From Callorhinchus milii (Eukaryota), in contig NW_024704742.1 of the NCBI RefSeq assembly GCF_018977255.1, forward strand, positions 133,736,001 through 133,800,000: a DNA stretch of 64,000 nt. Reading direction: 5' to 3'. The translations under genes were made by a program, and so were the position numbers. The notes under the pieces are model-generated. The model ran no database searches and was not told the origin of the DNA. It saw only the letters and a program-made list of their open reading frames with translations. This document shows positions 38,878 through 51,360 of this stretch, piece by piece (position 1 is the first letter of the stretch; every line of letters starts with the position of its first letter).

Positions 38878-39240
38878 ATAATAATACTTGCATTGGATGC
38901 AGCACCTTGTCATGAGACGTCTAAAAACCTTTCACAGGATATACTGTAAAATGGATTGTGGGTGAAACACAGCATCTAGTTTGCACACAGCAATGTCCCA
39001 CAAACAACAATGAAGTGAATGACCAATTTTATTTGGGGGGATTTGTTAGTCAGGACACTGGGAGAAGCTCATTTTGCTTTTTAAATAGTGCCATGTAATC
39101 TTTAACTTCCAGCTTAACAGGCAGACAAGTTTAACGTTTTATCCAAGGGATGGCACCTCCAACAATCAACGTATCCCCAGCACTACATTGAAGAATCAGC
39201 TTTGAGTATGTGATTCCAAATCCCAATGTGGGGCATTAAA
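38878..39240 (-). mobile_element. Deu-domain SINE
   Basis: Antisense tail and core. Confidence 0.75.
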
Positions 39241-39407
39241 TGTGTCAGCCAAGAATACCCAAGATCAAAGTCCCAACGTGAGCCTTGAACTCAGAATTTT
39301 CTCAACTTGTGATCTTGTGAACTGAGCCAGGCTGACATACAAGTTACAATAGTCTTAGAGACTAGTTAGACTAGTTGGGCTTAATATGATTTTATAGGCT
39401 AAGACTA

Positions 39408-39885
39408 CAACAACAACAACAAGATGGCATTTATAGAGCGCCTTTCATTTCGGGAGGACTTCCCAAGGCACTGGACAGTTGGGTCGGGACCCGAGCAGGG
39501 GGGAAATGGTTAGGGTGAGGGGAGGGAAGGGAGGGAGCGAGGAGGGGGGAAATAGTCAAGGTGAGGGGAGGGAAGGGAGGGAGCGAGGAGGGGGTAGAGA
39601 GTCGAGAGGGGAGCTGAAGGCACGGTCAAAGAGAAAGGTCTTGAGACCGGCCTTGAAGGAGGAAAGGGAGGAAGCAAGGCGAAGGCACTGGGGGATGGAG
39701 TTCCAGAGCCTAGGGGCTGAGAGGCTGAAAGCCCGGCCACCGATGTTAGGGTGGGGGATATGGAGCAGACCAGAGCCAGAGGAACGGAGGGTACGGGCAG
39801 GTAGGTGGGGGGATAGTAGGTCGGAGAGGTAGGAGGGTGCAAGGCCGTAAATGGCCTTGTAGGTGAGGATGAGGATCTTGAATTC
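39408..39885 (-). mobile_element. L2 3' fragment with an internal ~50-bp tandem duplication
   Basis: (CAA)n tail and stem-loop; gtgaggggagggaagggagggagcgaggaggggg occurs twice. Confidence 0.88.
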
Positions 39886-41804
39886 AGGACTAGGTGAATT
39901 TATATATACTTTTCTGTGGAGAAAGCAAACACAGCTGGCCCGATGCTATATTTGCCTTCAGAAAACAGCTTTCCAATTACAGTTGACCTTAGTCAGCTTG
40001 TTTTTTGCTGCTATTATGACCAGTTTGGCATTTCATCTGCCTGGTTATTCATCACAACTGATCCGTCACTGGTGTGGAAACAATTGAAGCAGTGACATTA
40101 CCTGGGCTGAGATGGCTGGAAAGATCGCAACTGAAGAACGGATGAGTAATTGGCTGACCCGATGTCACATGGTTGTGAGCATTCAATTAAAATAATTATA
40201 ACAATCCTTTGCATTTGGTTCAGTATCTTTCAATTCAGGAGGATGTCTCAAAGTGCTTCACAGGATTTACTGTAAAGTGCAGTGATTGTGTATTATGGGA
40301 CAATGCTGGGCGAACTCATGCCCAGCAGTGTCCCATAAACAGCCATAACCAAATTTATTTGTGGGATTGTTGGTTAAGATACTGGGAGAAACTCCCTTCT
40401 CTCTTTGAATAGTGCGATGGGATCTTTAACATCCACCTGAACAGGCAGAAGGAGCCTTGGGTTACTGTCTTATCTGAAGGACAGCACATCTGACAATGCA
40501 GCACACACCCAGCATTGCATTCCGTTCCCCCCCTGCCCTCCACCCTCCCCGATCCCAACCCTTAGTTCGGGTCCGAAACATTGATTGTCCAGCACCTTGG
40601 GACGTCCTGCTGACGTGAAGGGCTCTGTACAAATTTAATTTTGTTGTTGTTGTTGCATCAGCTTAAACTCCCAAAGTGGAGCTTGAATCCAACTAGAACC
40701 TAGAACTTTCTGACTGAGAGGTAAGAGTCAATGGCAATTCCACAAACTCTGACTGTCCAGCGCCTTGGGCTGTCTTGGGGCGTCTTGGTAATTTTGTTGT
40801 TGTTCAAAATCCTCGGCCTCACCTATAAACCCTTCATTTCCTAGCACTTCCCTATCTCAGTGATCTTCTCCTACTCTGCTCCATCTCTTCTGCTCGCCTG
40901 AACTGCTCAGTTAACCCAAAACCTCTACACATCTCCCTCCGCATCCCCACCATCATCTGTGGTCCAGCTTTGGCTATTACACCTCTAACCTCTGGAACTT
41001 CCTTATCTCTACCTCTAAATTTCTATCTGTCTTAAGATAGAACAGGGCGAAAGGAATTTGAAGGTGAAATGAATATGTTACATTCTTCTCCTTTCAACAA
41101 ATTAAAGTGTTGAATGAATTTACCTTCTCAACATTCCAACATATCCAACTTGATTGGCCTATTTTCTTCTGATAAATTTTCAAAATCCTCTTGTACAAAA
41201 TGACATGTGGCACAATGTTATTGTTGGCTTATATCATTAGACATGAACTTGGTTGTCAATTTTATTCCAGTTAAGGTTGCTTTCTGGTGCATGGTTTGCA
41301 ACTATTTATGCATTTTATTCTGTAGTCTAGCCACTGCCTTGTTTATTTTCACCTCCGTCAATTTGTAACACTCACAAGGTGTTTCAATGCATAATCATCA
41401 ATCTTCCTCTGTGACTAGACATCAATATTGTACAAATGGTACAGAATTCCTTTGTCTACTGTCTGAATCATTGAGTGCAACTGTGGGTTTTCTATAACGA
41501 TATAATGGGCTTAGACGGTAAACAGTTTAATTTATTTGCACCACTCTCTGGAGCTCCATCCTGGAGTCCCTCTGACTCGTTCCATCCTCCCTTCGTTTAT
41601 TGCCTATCTCAAGAACTACGTCTTTGAATGCACTTTTAATAATCTTTCTCCTCCGCACCCCTCTTGACTCCCACCTCCAACTTAGGTGCCCATCCAACAG
41701 TGTTAAGTACTTTGAGGCATCCACCCAATGTGAAAGGGGGTCACCTCCCGTTCCCAGCTTGGCATCAAACCACACCGCTGTTAAGCATTCCAAGACGCTA
41801 CCCC

Positions 41805-41807
41805 TAT

Positions 41808-41850
<43 letters not shown>

Positions 41851-41965
41851 TTTGTTTATTTATTTATTTATTTGTTTGTTTGTTTGTTTGTTTGTTTGTT
41901 TGTTTGTTTGTTTGTTTATCTATCTATTTATCTATTTATCTATTTATCTGTTTGTTTGTTTGTTT
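41805..41965 (+). repeat. Compound tetranucleotide microsatellite (TTTA)n(TTTG)n(TCTA/TTTA)n
   Basis: Directly visible. Confidence 0.97.
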
Positions 41966-41987
41966 ACTGTAAATGTTGTTGGGTTCC

Positions 41988-42365
41988 CGTAGCTTAGAGG
42001 TTAGAGCACTCGCCTTGCAAGCGAGAAGACCTGGGTTCGATTCCTGGGCAGGATGAAACGTTGGGCAGGTTTCCTTACTCCACACACCTCTGTTTACCTA
42101 GTAATAAGTAGGAACCCAGTTGTTTGTCAATTGGTGGGTCACTTTCCGGGGTAATAATGCCTCCAAAAACAAACAACAAAATTTGGTAATTTGGTCACTC
42201 AATCCACGACTGTTTATGGGATGCTGCTCTGCACAATTGCTGCTGTGTTTCACCCATAAAATATATATACAATTCACTTGACGGCATATTCTGGAAGCAC
42301 TTTCAGACGTCTCAATGAGGTGATAAGGTGCTGTATCAAATGCAAGAATTATTGTTATTATCATT
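41988..42365 (+). mobile_element. tRNA-derived SINE, long subfamily
   Basis: A and B boxes, insert, body and tail. Confidence 0.85.
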
Positions 42366-43149
42366 ATTAATATTATCCCTGATGCTATCTAAATGCAAGT
42401 CATTGTTGTTGAAAGGCGCTACACAAATGCAAATTGTGTTGATAAAAAAAATCCTTATTACTTCAGTGAAACACTTCACAGGATTTTACTTGAAACTAGT
42501 GACTGTATTGTCCAGGTGAACACAGCAGGAAATTTATGCACAATAATATCTCACAAAATAACTGTAATGAAAATGACCAATTTAATTTTATCTGGGGGAC
42601 TGTTGGCCAGGACACCAGGTAAAACTCCCTTCTTTTCTTAAATAGTCTTTAATATCTGCTCACCACCCAAACTCCACCATCCACATTCTCACCTGCACCA
42701 AATTCTGCATGCCCATCAACCCAATCCTCACCAGGCTCCTTGCTCCCTGTCTCCAAAAAGATTGCTATCAAGAATCTCACCCTCATGTACAAATTGTTTC
42801 ATGTTCTAGTACATTGCAGTACAGTGCTCAAATTGATAGGTGGTGTTTGTCAATTGCTCCGAATTGTGCGATTGCTTCTCAAGTTGTCTCTGTCTCTCCA
42901 AGAGATAAATAATTTAAATAACTAGAGGGTAACTAGGATTAAGTGTTCATCGGTAATTGTTCTGGATTTGAGTGTTTGAATTAATTGAAGAGGCACTTGT
43001 GGGCTATATCACTGGCTTGAAATAAGATTATCTCGGAGATTGGTTCAAAACGATTCAATTAGAAATTCATGTGTAGTGAACAGATACAGTTTGTTATGTG
43101 TGCCAGTCTGTGCATTCAAGCCATGTTGGGGATAATGCTACAACTTATC

Positions 43150-43550
43150 CTGGCTCAGTTGGTAGCACTCTCACCTCTGAGTCAGACGATTGTGGGTTCA
43201 AACCCCACATTAAGAGGACTCCAGTGTATCTGTTCATTGTTGGAGGCAACGTTGTTCACATGAGATGCTAAACCAAGTCTGCCTATTCAGGTGTATGTTA
43301 AACATCCCATGGCACTACTCGAAAACAGAAGGGAGTTTCTCCCGGTGTCTATGCCAATGATAACAATCACCCAAATAAATAAAATTGGTGATTTACTTCA
43401 GAGCTTTTTTTGAGAGATCGCTGATTGCACAATTGCTGCCGCACTTGCCTTCAAAACACAGTCACGGCTCTTTACAGCACATCACGTGAAATACTTTGAG
43501 ACCTGCTGACATGGAACGTGCTGTATCAAATGCAAGGATTATTTTATTTA
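43150..43550 (+). mobile_element. Deu-domain SINE
   Basis: tggctcagttggtagcactctcacctctgagtcag head, Deu core and tail. Confidence 0.8.
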
Positions 43551-43993
43551 TTATTTAACATTAAACAAGAGCTGCGCATCAACCACCAAATTAATAAAAA
43601 GGGTTTGAAACTCACAGACATGAGTCATCCTAATTTACAACAGGTTTTGGTGCAGGTTTTGGTCTGATTTCATTCTTTAATGAAAACTTCCATGTGGAAC
43701 AAGCTTGCAGGAGCTTGATCTTTTGAGCACTTTTAAGACCAGTTTGCGAGTTGGAATTTGCTATGGGTTTAATCTCCCAAATGGTTGACGCTTTAACCCA
43801 CTCATTGATAAACTGCAGGCTTACCACGAATGGCAAGGTGTGCAGTTTTAACTGGTTAAACCTCAGGAGTTACCCCAACGCACATTCTTGGGTCCCCCAA
43901 GCATTGGTTCTTGCTAACCTGTGCTTAATACTCTCGGAAATTAAGTAAGCAAACATTTTGCGTCGTGAGAATGTTTCAATGCGGCTGACCAAG

Positions 43994-44128
43994 GTGTTCA
44001 TTGAAGAGTTTATCATGGAGAAGATCTTTGCAGAGTCTAACATTTGGGAGATTGATGGGAAGTCTAAGATATAGAAGATCTTTGAAGAGTGCAATGTCTG
44101 GGAGATCTTTGAGAAGTCATTAGGGAGT
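43994..44128 (+). repeat. Degenerate 27-bp minisatellite, ~5 units
   Basis: (a/g)agat(c)tttg register recurs at 44021, 44048, 44075 and 44102. Confidence 0.7.
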
Positions 44129-44149
44129 TGAACATATGAAAAACCTTCA

Positions 44150-44300
44150 ATATAGACCATTCAGTGGGTTTAATTTACCCTGATTTCAGAAGGCATTTGA
44201 TACATTTCCACTTAAGAGGCTTTCAAAGAGATGGATAGATCATTAAATTAAAGAGAAATGAACTAGTAAGATTGAAAACTGGTTGAGCAACAGGAGGTCG
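44150..44300 (+). mobile_element. CR1 RT fragment
   Basis: Degenerate IY.DF.KAFD..P.KRL..IENWLSNRR motif with a frameshift and stops. Confidence 0.65.
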
Positions 44301-44637
44301 GAGATGGCGTGATGGTGGTGGAGCACGAATCAGTGACCAGTTAAGCAGCGATTGGGTTCCTGTGGTTTATTCAGTTTAAAGATAATTATGGAGCGTGTAA
44401 TACCCGAATTAAGTAAATGGAGGGTGTAAAAAAGACTGGAGGCGAATGTAAAGACTTTAGATGTTTATTTAAAGTAAGAGAACGGGGATGTATTGGTATT
44501 GCACTCGCCTCGCAAGCGAGAGGACCCGGGTTCGATTCCCTGGGCAGGGTGAAACCTTAGACAAGTTTCCTTACTCCTGTATATTTTGCAGTATAGTCTG
44601 TGAAGTGCTTTGAGACATCTCAATGACATGATCAAAT

Positions 44638-45819
44638 TGTAAATAATGATGATTGTGGACTATTGTTATGTATAATCATGACTATAAGGGTTGATTCATA
44701 TGGGTATGGGTGATGTACTCGCTGTTGTTTACTAAGGAAAATAGGCAATTGAATAACCTTTGAAACCCCTGAAGTCAGCAGTAAATTGAACCTAGCGGTC
44801 AGTAGGCTGGTACAAACTGGTTTAGAGCTATCAAAAAAGTTAGACAAAGTTACATTTTCCAGAACAAAGAAACATGTCAGAAAACAGTTTCAAGGCCGGG
44901 ACAGGGAGCCTGGGACGAGGAGATTAGGAGCCAGGAGAAGAGTCACGAGGGGCAAAGGAATGCGTGAGAAATCATCACTGAGGGGTATCGATACAATGAA
45001 CACCATGCGCAGGTTAAGATGAGGTGATCTGAAGGAAGGTGATGGTGACTGTAAGGTGATAGTGACTGAAGTTGTCTTGGATCGGGGAGAGAACAGGGGA
45101 GGAGGCTCTGTGGTCACCATTGCGAAGGGCTGACCTCTTCGACCGAAACCACAGAAACTCAAGATTGAGAATGACTCCTCGCAGGACGAGCAGGAGGGCT
45201 GAAGGAGGAAGAACAACACAGACACCGAGTTAAAACTCAAGAGACCACCAACAGGCAGCTCTTCCAGTCGATCATGCTGATCACCGGAGAACTCTGGACT
45301 GCAGACTTCAGGGGAAAGATCGATTAAGGCAGAATACCACAGACACACCAGAGGGAGACAAGATAGCCGAGAGAGAGAGAGAGAAAAAAAGGAAGCCTTG
45401 TCACAGACTCCAGAGACCAGTCAGATTTGACCGCTGACCCAGCCTCCTTTCCCAGCACGCTGCTTCTACCCGACCCGGCTGATTGACTGCTAGTTACCGG
45501 TAGTATAGTTTCGCACTTCCAAGCATCCATGCATAATGCACCCTCTTTCGCTTAAAACCTTTGATATTATGTGATTCAAACTTATGGTTTATCAAACTGT
45601 ATTCGGGATTAGTATGCGGTCGACTGTATGTGATCTATTTAGTTTAAAGTCTAATGTTCATTTAGCCCTTAAGGTATAACCAATCACTAACTCTTATGAG
45701 TCTTTCAATATTCGTGATGTCAGTTGCAACCAGTTATTTTGATTAAACTTATTTATATCAGCAAAATGGAGTTCAGATCTGTGGGTGTACCAATTCAGCC
45801 ATCGCCGCTAGAGTTTACA
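44638..45819 (+). mobile_element. Solo LTR (ERV or Gypsy-type), 1182 bp
   Basis: Termini TGTAAA...TTTACA form a 6-bp inverted repeat with TG..CA ends. A 4-bp TSD AAAT lies at 44634-44637 and 45820-45823. It splits a SINE tail (atcaaat|gcaaggattattattat). Orientation is inferred from ATTAAA near 45743. Confidence 0.85.
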
Positions 45820-47066
45820 AAATGCAAGGATTATTATTATCATTATTTAAGGAATGAACTATTTGGTTAAAATTCTGTTGAGTAGCTTTGGCTGTCTGTC
45901 TCCCCCTTCTCCTTTGCTCAGCATTCAACTCCTCCATTGTGAAGCACTCTAATGTATCCTGCATGAAGCATGATATATAAATGTAAGTTTTTGTTGTTGG
46001 CAAGGTATGACTTTAATAACAAAAATCCAGCTGTGGAGCTAACAGGGAGCAAGGAGATGACTGGAATATATTTTTTTGCTAACACCACATCCATTTAATA
46101 ATGATTTTTCCCACCTGCCTTCACTGAGCAGTGGGACTTCGGATTAGTGCAGGTGCGAGATGGGCAGAGATTGAATTGGACAATTATTGAAAGGAAAGTG
46201 GAGTTTAAAAATAAAATTGTTCTCAGTGGGAAAGTCACTGAGCCCCAGTTACTACAATAATAGTAATAATAAGATGCATTGCATTTATAATAATAATCTT
46301 TGCCTTTGAGACTGCCTTTCATTTTGGCAAGCTGTCTCAAAGCGCTTCATGATTTACTGAAAAGCGACTGTGTATTTTGTAGGAGAACTCGGCAGTCAAT
46401 TCACACACAATGTCACACAAACAGCAATGATGTGAATGATTGATTTTATCTGGGACGTTGTTGGCTAAGACACTGGGAGAAACTCCCTTTGCATTTTGAA
46501 TAGTGTGCAGGGGACCTTTAACATCCACCTAAACAGGCAGACGGGATCTCAGTTCATCTTCTCATCTGAAGGACGGGACCATTGCAGAACACCCCCAGCC
46601 TGGACTGATATGTCAGCCTAGACTGTGTGAGCTCAAAATTGCACCATTCAGAATGTATGCTGTAATATAATAATCATTTATTCTTTATGTAGATTGTAAT
46701 GTATGCATTTACTGAAAATCTCTTTGTAAGCGTAACATATGACAGTACATATGAGTTCAAGATGCTCATTCTCACCTTTAAATCCCTCAACAATCTTGCT
46801 CAACCCTATTTCTGCAATCTCCTTCAAACCCTACCCACCTGGCTGCTCCCTTTGCTCAGCAAGCAAACCAGCTTCATGTCCCCTGCTTTGTCTACCCACC
46901 ATTGGCGGGCAGGCTTTCAGATCTTCTGCCACCACTCTCATGAACTCCATTCCATAGTCCCTCCAACTCTCACCCTCCCTCATCTCTTTCAAGGCACGTC
47001 TCAAAATGTACATCTTTCCCCTCCCCACCCTCTTGGCTACGAACAAGCATTGTGAAGCACTTTGAG

Positions 47067-47325
47067 ATAATAATAATGATAATAATAATAAACGTTGCAT
47101 TTGATATAGTGATTTTCCCATCTTCTAGACGTCTCAAAGCGCTTCACAGAATATACTGTAAAGTGAATTGACTCTATATTTGTGGGCGAAAAGTGGCAGC
47201 CAATTGCGCACAGCATTGTCCCACAAACAGCCGTGGATTGAGTAACCAAATTATTATTTTTTTCTTGAGGGATTATTATCAGGTGTGTGGGGTAAGGAAA
47301 CTTGCATAAGGTTTCACCCTGCCGA
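47067..47325 (-). mobile_element. SINE lacking the head
   Basis: Antisense body and tail of the same family. Confidence 0.82.
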
Positions 47326-47944
47326 GCTGTCCTCCCGACGTGTTAAGGCACTGTCTAAATTTAAATGGCATTGCATTGTAACGTGTAGTTGTTGAATACT
47401 GAATACTGAGGGAAGCTGGGCAAGTTAGATAGGGCAGCCATTAACTCCGGCCCCTTCACACACTCACATTCTGGGTGTACTCCATGAGATAAGCAGAAAA
47501 ATAATAGGTTAGTTAGCTTCTCATTGGATATGTGTGTGAATGTTTGAACGTCATTGATAACAATAGCAACAATTAATAATAATAGTAATAATAGTAAACT
47601 TGCATTTTGTCAGCAGGACGTCTCAAGATGTTTCACAGGATATACTGTAGACTGGAGTGACTGTGTGTTTTGAGGGAGAATGCATAGGGAAAATGTCTCC
47701 AAAAGCTTTATGGAGACGGCCTGAGATAAAGTGGTATGTGTGGGCGCAGTCAAAGAGATAGGCTATTAGAAGTGGGAAAGAAGGGAGGGAGGGATTGAGG
47801 CCGAGGGTCTTCGAAAGAGATAAGGGATAAAATTAATGACAGGGTATGAGTTAATTGGAGTCAGGGAGCACGTTTTAAGAGGCAATCATTTAGGAGGTTA
47901 GTTTATTGGATTTTTTTTTACGAGGAAATAAGAGCGTGTGTCTA

Positions 47945-48010
47945 CAGAGAGATCGCGGTGGATGTCATGCATCTGGATTTCCAGAAGGGAATTGATCAGG
48001 TGCCTGTCAC
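47945..48010 (+). mobile_element. Short CR1 RT fragment
   Basis: AVDVMHLDFQKGIDQVP. Confidence 0.55.
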
Positions 48011-48336
48011 AAATCTGACATATCTGGGATTATAAAGATTAATCAAAATCCTCCTACTGCAGACACTGGGTCTAGGGTCTGGCTTGGTGTTACAGACAAT
48101 GACATGCGGGTGAAAGAGTGGAATCAAATGCCTGCATTTCTGCAGTCAGACAGTCTGCTTATTCAGGCAGACGTTAAAAATCAGAAAAGAGAAGGGTGTT
48201 TCTCCTGGTGTCCTAGTAAACAAGCACAAATGTGGCATGGCTGTTTGTTGGTCATTATTATGTCCATACTGGCTGCCACATTCGCCTATAAAATGTATAG
48301 TCGCTCCACTTTACCGCAAATCAAATTGGTCACTCA

Positions 48337-48780
48337 CATAAGAACATAAGAACATAAGAAATGCTAGATGAGAAAACTATCGAATCTGTGTTTGAAGGAA
48401 TCAACATTTCCTGCTTCAACCATTTCTCTAGGGAGCCTGTTCCACAGGTTTACTATTCGCTCAGTGAAATAGTGTTTTGGTAGGTGTGTTCCGAATTCAC
48501 CCCTTTCAATCACAGCCCGTGTCCTCTGGTTTTACTATTCTGGACAAGTTGAAATAGCCTGTCATGATCTATATTGTCTTGCTTCTTTAGAATCTTAAAG
48601 ACAGAAATTGTGTCCTCTCAATCCTCTCTTTTCCAGTGTGAACAAGCTCAGTTTACTTAGCCTCTCCTCGTAGACCAGTCCTTTCATTCTCTCAATTATT
48701 TTTGTTTCCCCTCTCTGTATCCTCTCGATTTCTCCCATATCCTTTTTTGTACGGTGGTGACCAGAACTGTACACACTGCT
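48337..48780 (-). mobile_element. CR1 3' fragment
   Basis: (cataagaa)n 8-nt tail and antisense ORF2 C-terminus through ggtgaccagaactgtacac. Confidence 0.82.
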
Positions 48781-48787
48781 CTAAATA

Positions 48788-49112
48788 TAATAGTAATAAT
48801 AATAATAATCCTTGCATTTGATATAGCGCTTTTCACGTCGGGAGGACGTCCCAAAGCGCTTCATAGAACACACTGTAAAGTGAATTGACTGTATATTTGT
48901 GGGCAAACGCGGCAGCCAATTGCACACAGCAATGTCCCACAAACAGTCGTTGATTGAAAATGACCAATTTCTTATTGTTTTGGGTTTTGGAGGGATTATT
49001 ATTAGGCTCTGTGTGGAGTAAGGAAACTTGCCCAAGGTTTCGCCCTACCGGGAATTGAACTCAGGTCTCTCACTTGCAAAGCGAGTGCTCTAACCACTGA
49101 GCTACAGGACTC
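48788..49112 (-). mobile_element. Full-length young tRNA-derived SINE
   Basis: Reverse complement of the 7211 family. Confidence 0.93.
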
Positions 49113-49299
49113 GTCTCGCTCATAATTTATACCAATATTTACTTCATGGCTATTTGTGGGACACTGCTGGGTGGAAACTGGCTGCCGCATTTCACCCACA
49201 AAACACGCAGTCAAAACCACTTTAGTACTTCAGTACCTTACTTTACATGCCTCTGTTTACCAAGCAGTAAGTAGAAACCTGGTTGCTCTTTTTTCTTGT

Positions 49300-49848
49300 T
49301 TCCGTGATGGGGAGAAATTAAGAGCTATGGAGGAGCAAAGACTAAAAACAAATCACTAAAAACTAGTTCCCAGGTGCAAAACGTAATCAAAAAGGCGAAT
49401 GGCATGTTGGCGTTTATCTCAAGGGGCCTGGAATACAAAGAGGAAGAAATGATGCTTCAGCTGTATAGAGTGTTAGTCAGACCCCATTTGGAGACTGTGT
49501 TCAGTTTTGGGCTCCATACCTCAGGAAAGATACATTGGCCCTGAATGTATCTCTGGTGGGGAAATCCAAACAAGGGGGATATTTAAGAATGAAATCAGGA
49601 AGTATTTGTTCACTCAAAGGGTTGTAGAAATCTGGAATTCTCTCCCCCAAAAGGCCGTGGGTGCTGGATCCATCCACACCTTCAAGAGTGAGGTTGATAG
49701 ATTTTTGGTTGGTCAGGCTATTAAGGGATATGGGGAGAAAGCAATTAATTGGAATTGAAAGGATTAGTTGAGGTGCAGATCAGCTATGATCTAATTAAAT
49801 GGTGGAACAGGCTCGAAGGGCTGAATGACCTTTTCCGGTTCCTATGTT
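49300..49848 (+). mobile_element. CR1 3' fragment with internal deletions
   Basis: Codons for KANGMLAFI..LVRPHLE, then YLFTQRVVEIWNSLPQKAV..FKSEVDRFL, with a cctatgtt end. Confidence 0.85.
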
Positions 49849-50520
49849 GCTTTCCATGATCCACCTCCCTCCCACCAAACACATGTGGTCACTCAATCCA
49901 CGATGGTTTGTGGGACACCACTTTGTGCAATTGGCTGCCATGTTTCACCCACAAACACAGTCAATCCACTTTACAATGTATTCTGTGAAGCGTTCTCAGA
50001 CTCCGCCACTGTGAAGCGTTCCTGGACTCTATCCCGCGTGAAGGGTGCGATATAAATGCAAGTTATTGTTGAAAAACTACTATGACTTCATAAACCAAAT
50101 GCGAGGATTATTATTTACAGTATATTCTGTGAAGTTGTTTGAGACGTCTCAACAATGTGATAAGGTGCTACATAATAATAATAATCCTTGCATTTGATAT
50201 AGCGTCTTATTGCTTATCGTTGAGACGTCTCAAAGCGCTTCACAGAATATACTGTAAACTGAATTGACTGTGTATTTTACACGTGAAACGCGGCAGCCGA
50301 TTGCGCACAACATTGTGGTTTGATCATGGGAAGAGAGAGAGAGATGTTTCCTCTCTCAGTAATGGTGTCCTGGTTTTCTATAGTTGCATCTGTCTACACT
50401 AATGTAGAAGAATCCTCTCTGAGGATTCTGACACACGTCAGAACATTATTAAGCTCAGGCCAGAACAGTAGGAAATCTCTGAGGTGGGTCTTGTGCTGTC
50501 ATCTCAATCTCTGCATGATG

Positions 50521-50702
50521 TTAATGCATTTGGAAGCTTTGGAAAAATCTGACAGTAGGATAATTCTCACTGGCGGTGGAACGATTTGTCGTGTTGTCAT
50601 TCGTGTTATCTCCTTTCGTCAGGAAGAAGATTAACTTCAAAATGACCACAGTCAGCAACAGGAGGATGAACACCAGCACTACCACGAGCCAGGTAGGGGT
50701 AC
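50521..50702 (-). CDS. Putative terminal exon encoding a transmembrane helix and short tail (gene unidentified)
   Basis: cag|GT acceptor (weak pyrimidine tract) and 60 codons to TAA: TPTWLVVVLVFILLLLTVVILKLIFFLTKGDNTNDNTTNRSTASENYPTVRFFQSFQMH*. It has a ~24-residue hydrophobic stretch in unique, non-repeat sequence. Confidence 0.5.
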
Positions 50703-51034
50703 CTGTGTGTGCACAGGCATTATATCAAATGCAAGGATTAGTAATATAAGACTGTAGAACAACAACAACAAAATGACAGTATATATGGTGCCTTTCAGAC
50801 ATAGGTTTAAAGTTGTAAAGGGCAATTTTAGGTCAGACAACCAGGAAGTGTTTCAGAAGTGATTAACAAAACTGAACAGGTTGTCAGGAAGGTTGGTGGG
50901 GCCACTATATCTTTCCAGTAAAATACTGTGATAAAGTTAATGTCTGCCTATTGAGGTGGATGTTAAAGATCCTGTGGTGCTATTCGAAAAAGAAAGGGAG
51001 TTTCTTTTCTCATATTCGTCTTTGAATTGCTTCA

Positions 51035-51360
51035 CGCCCAGGCACCTCCCTACCTCTCCGACCCTCTTACACACCATTCCACAACCCGTCGCCTCCGCTC
51101 AACTGGCTCCGGCCTCCTGCTTGTTGCTCGTGCCTCCCATTCCCCCAACAGCAGCTGTGCTTTCAGCCACTATGCCCTGAGACTCTGGAACTCTCTGCCT
51201 TGTCCCCTCCTTGCCTGTCTTCAGATTACACCTGAAACCTTCCTCTTCGAGCGTATCTACAGTCACCTCCCCTCTCTCCTATCAAGTTCTACCACTGTTA
51301 AGCGCTCTGAGGCGCTACCCTCCCTGAAGGCCGCTGTATAAATGCAAGTCGTCGTTGTTG
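51035..51360 (+). mobile_element. L2 3' fragment
   Basis: APPYLSD..LRSTGSGLL..AFSHYALRLWNSLP and a gtcgtcgttgttg tail. Confidence 0.8.

Noticed and set aside
41600..41992. Hydrophobic LFIY/LFVC repeat ORFs as membrane proteins
   Set aside because: These are translations of a tetranucleotide microsatellite.
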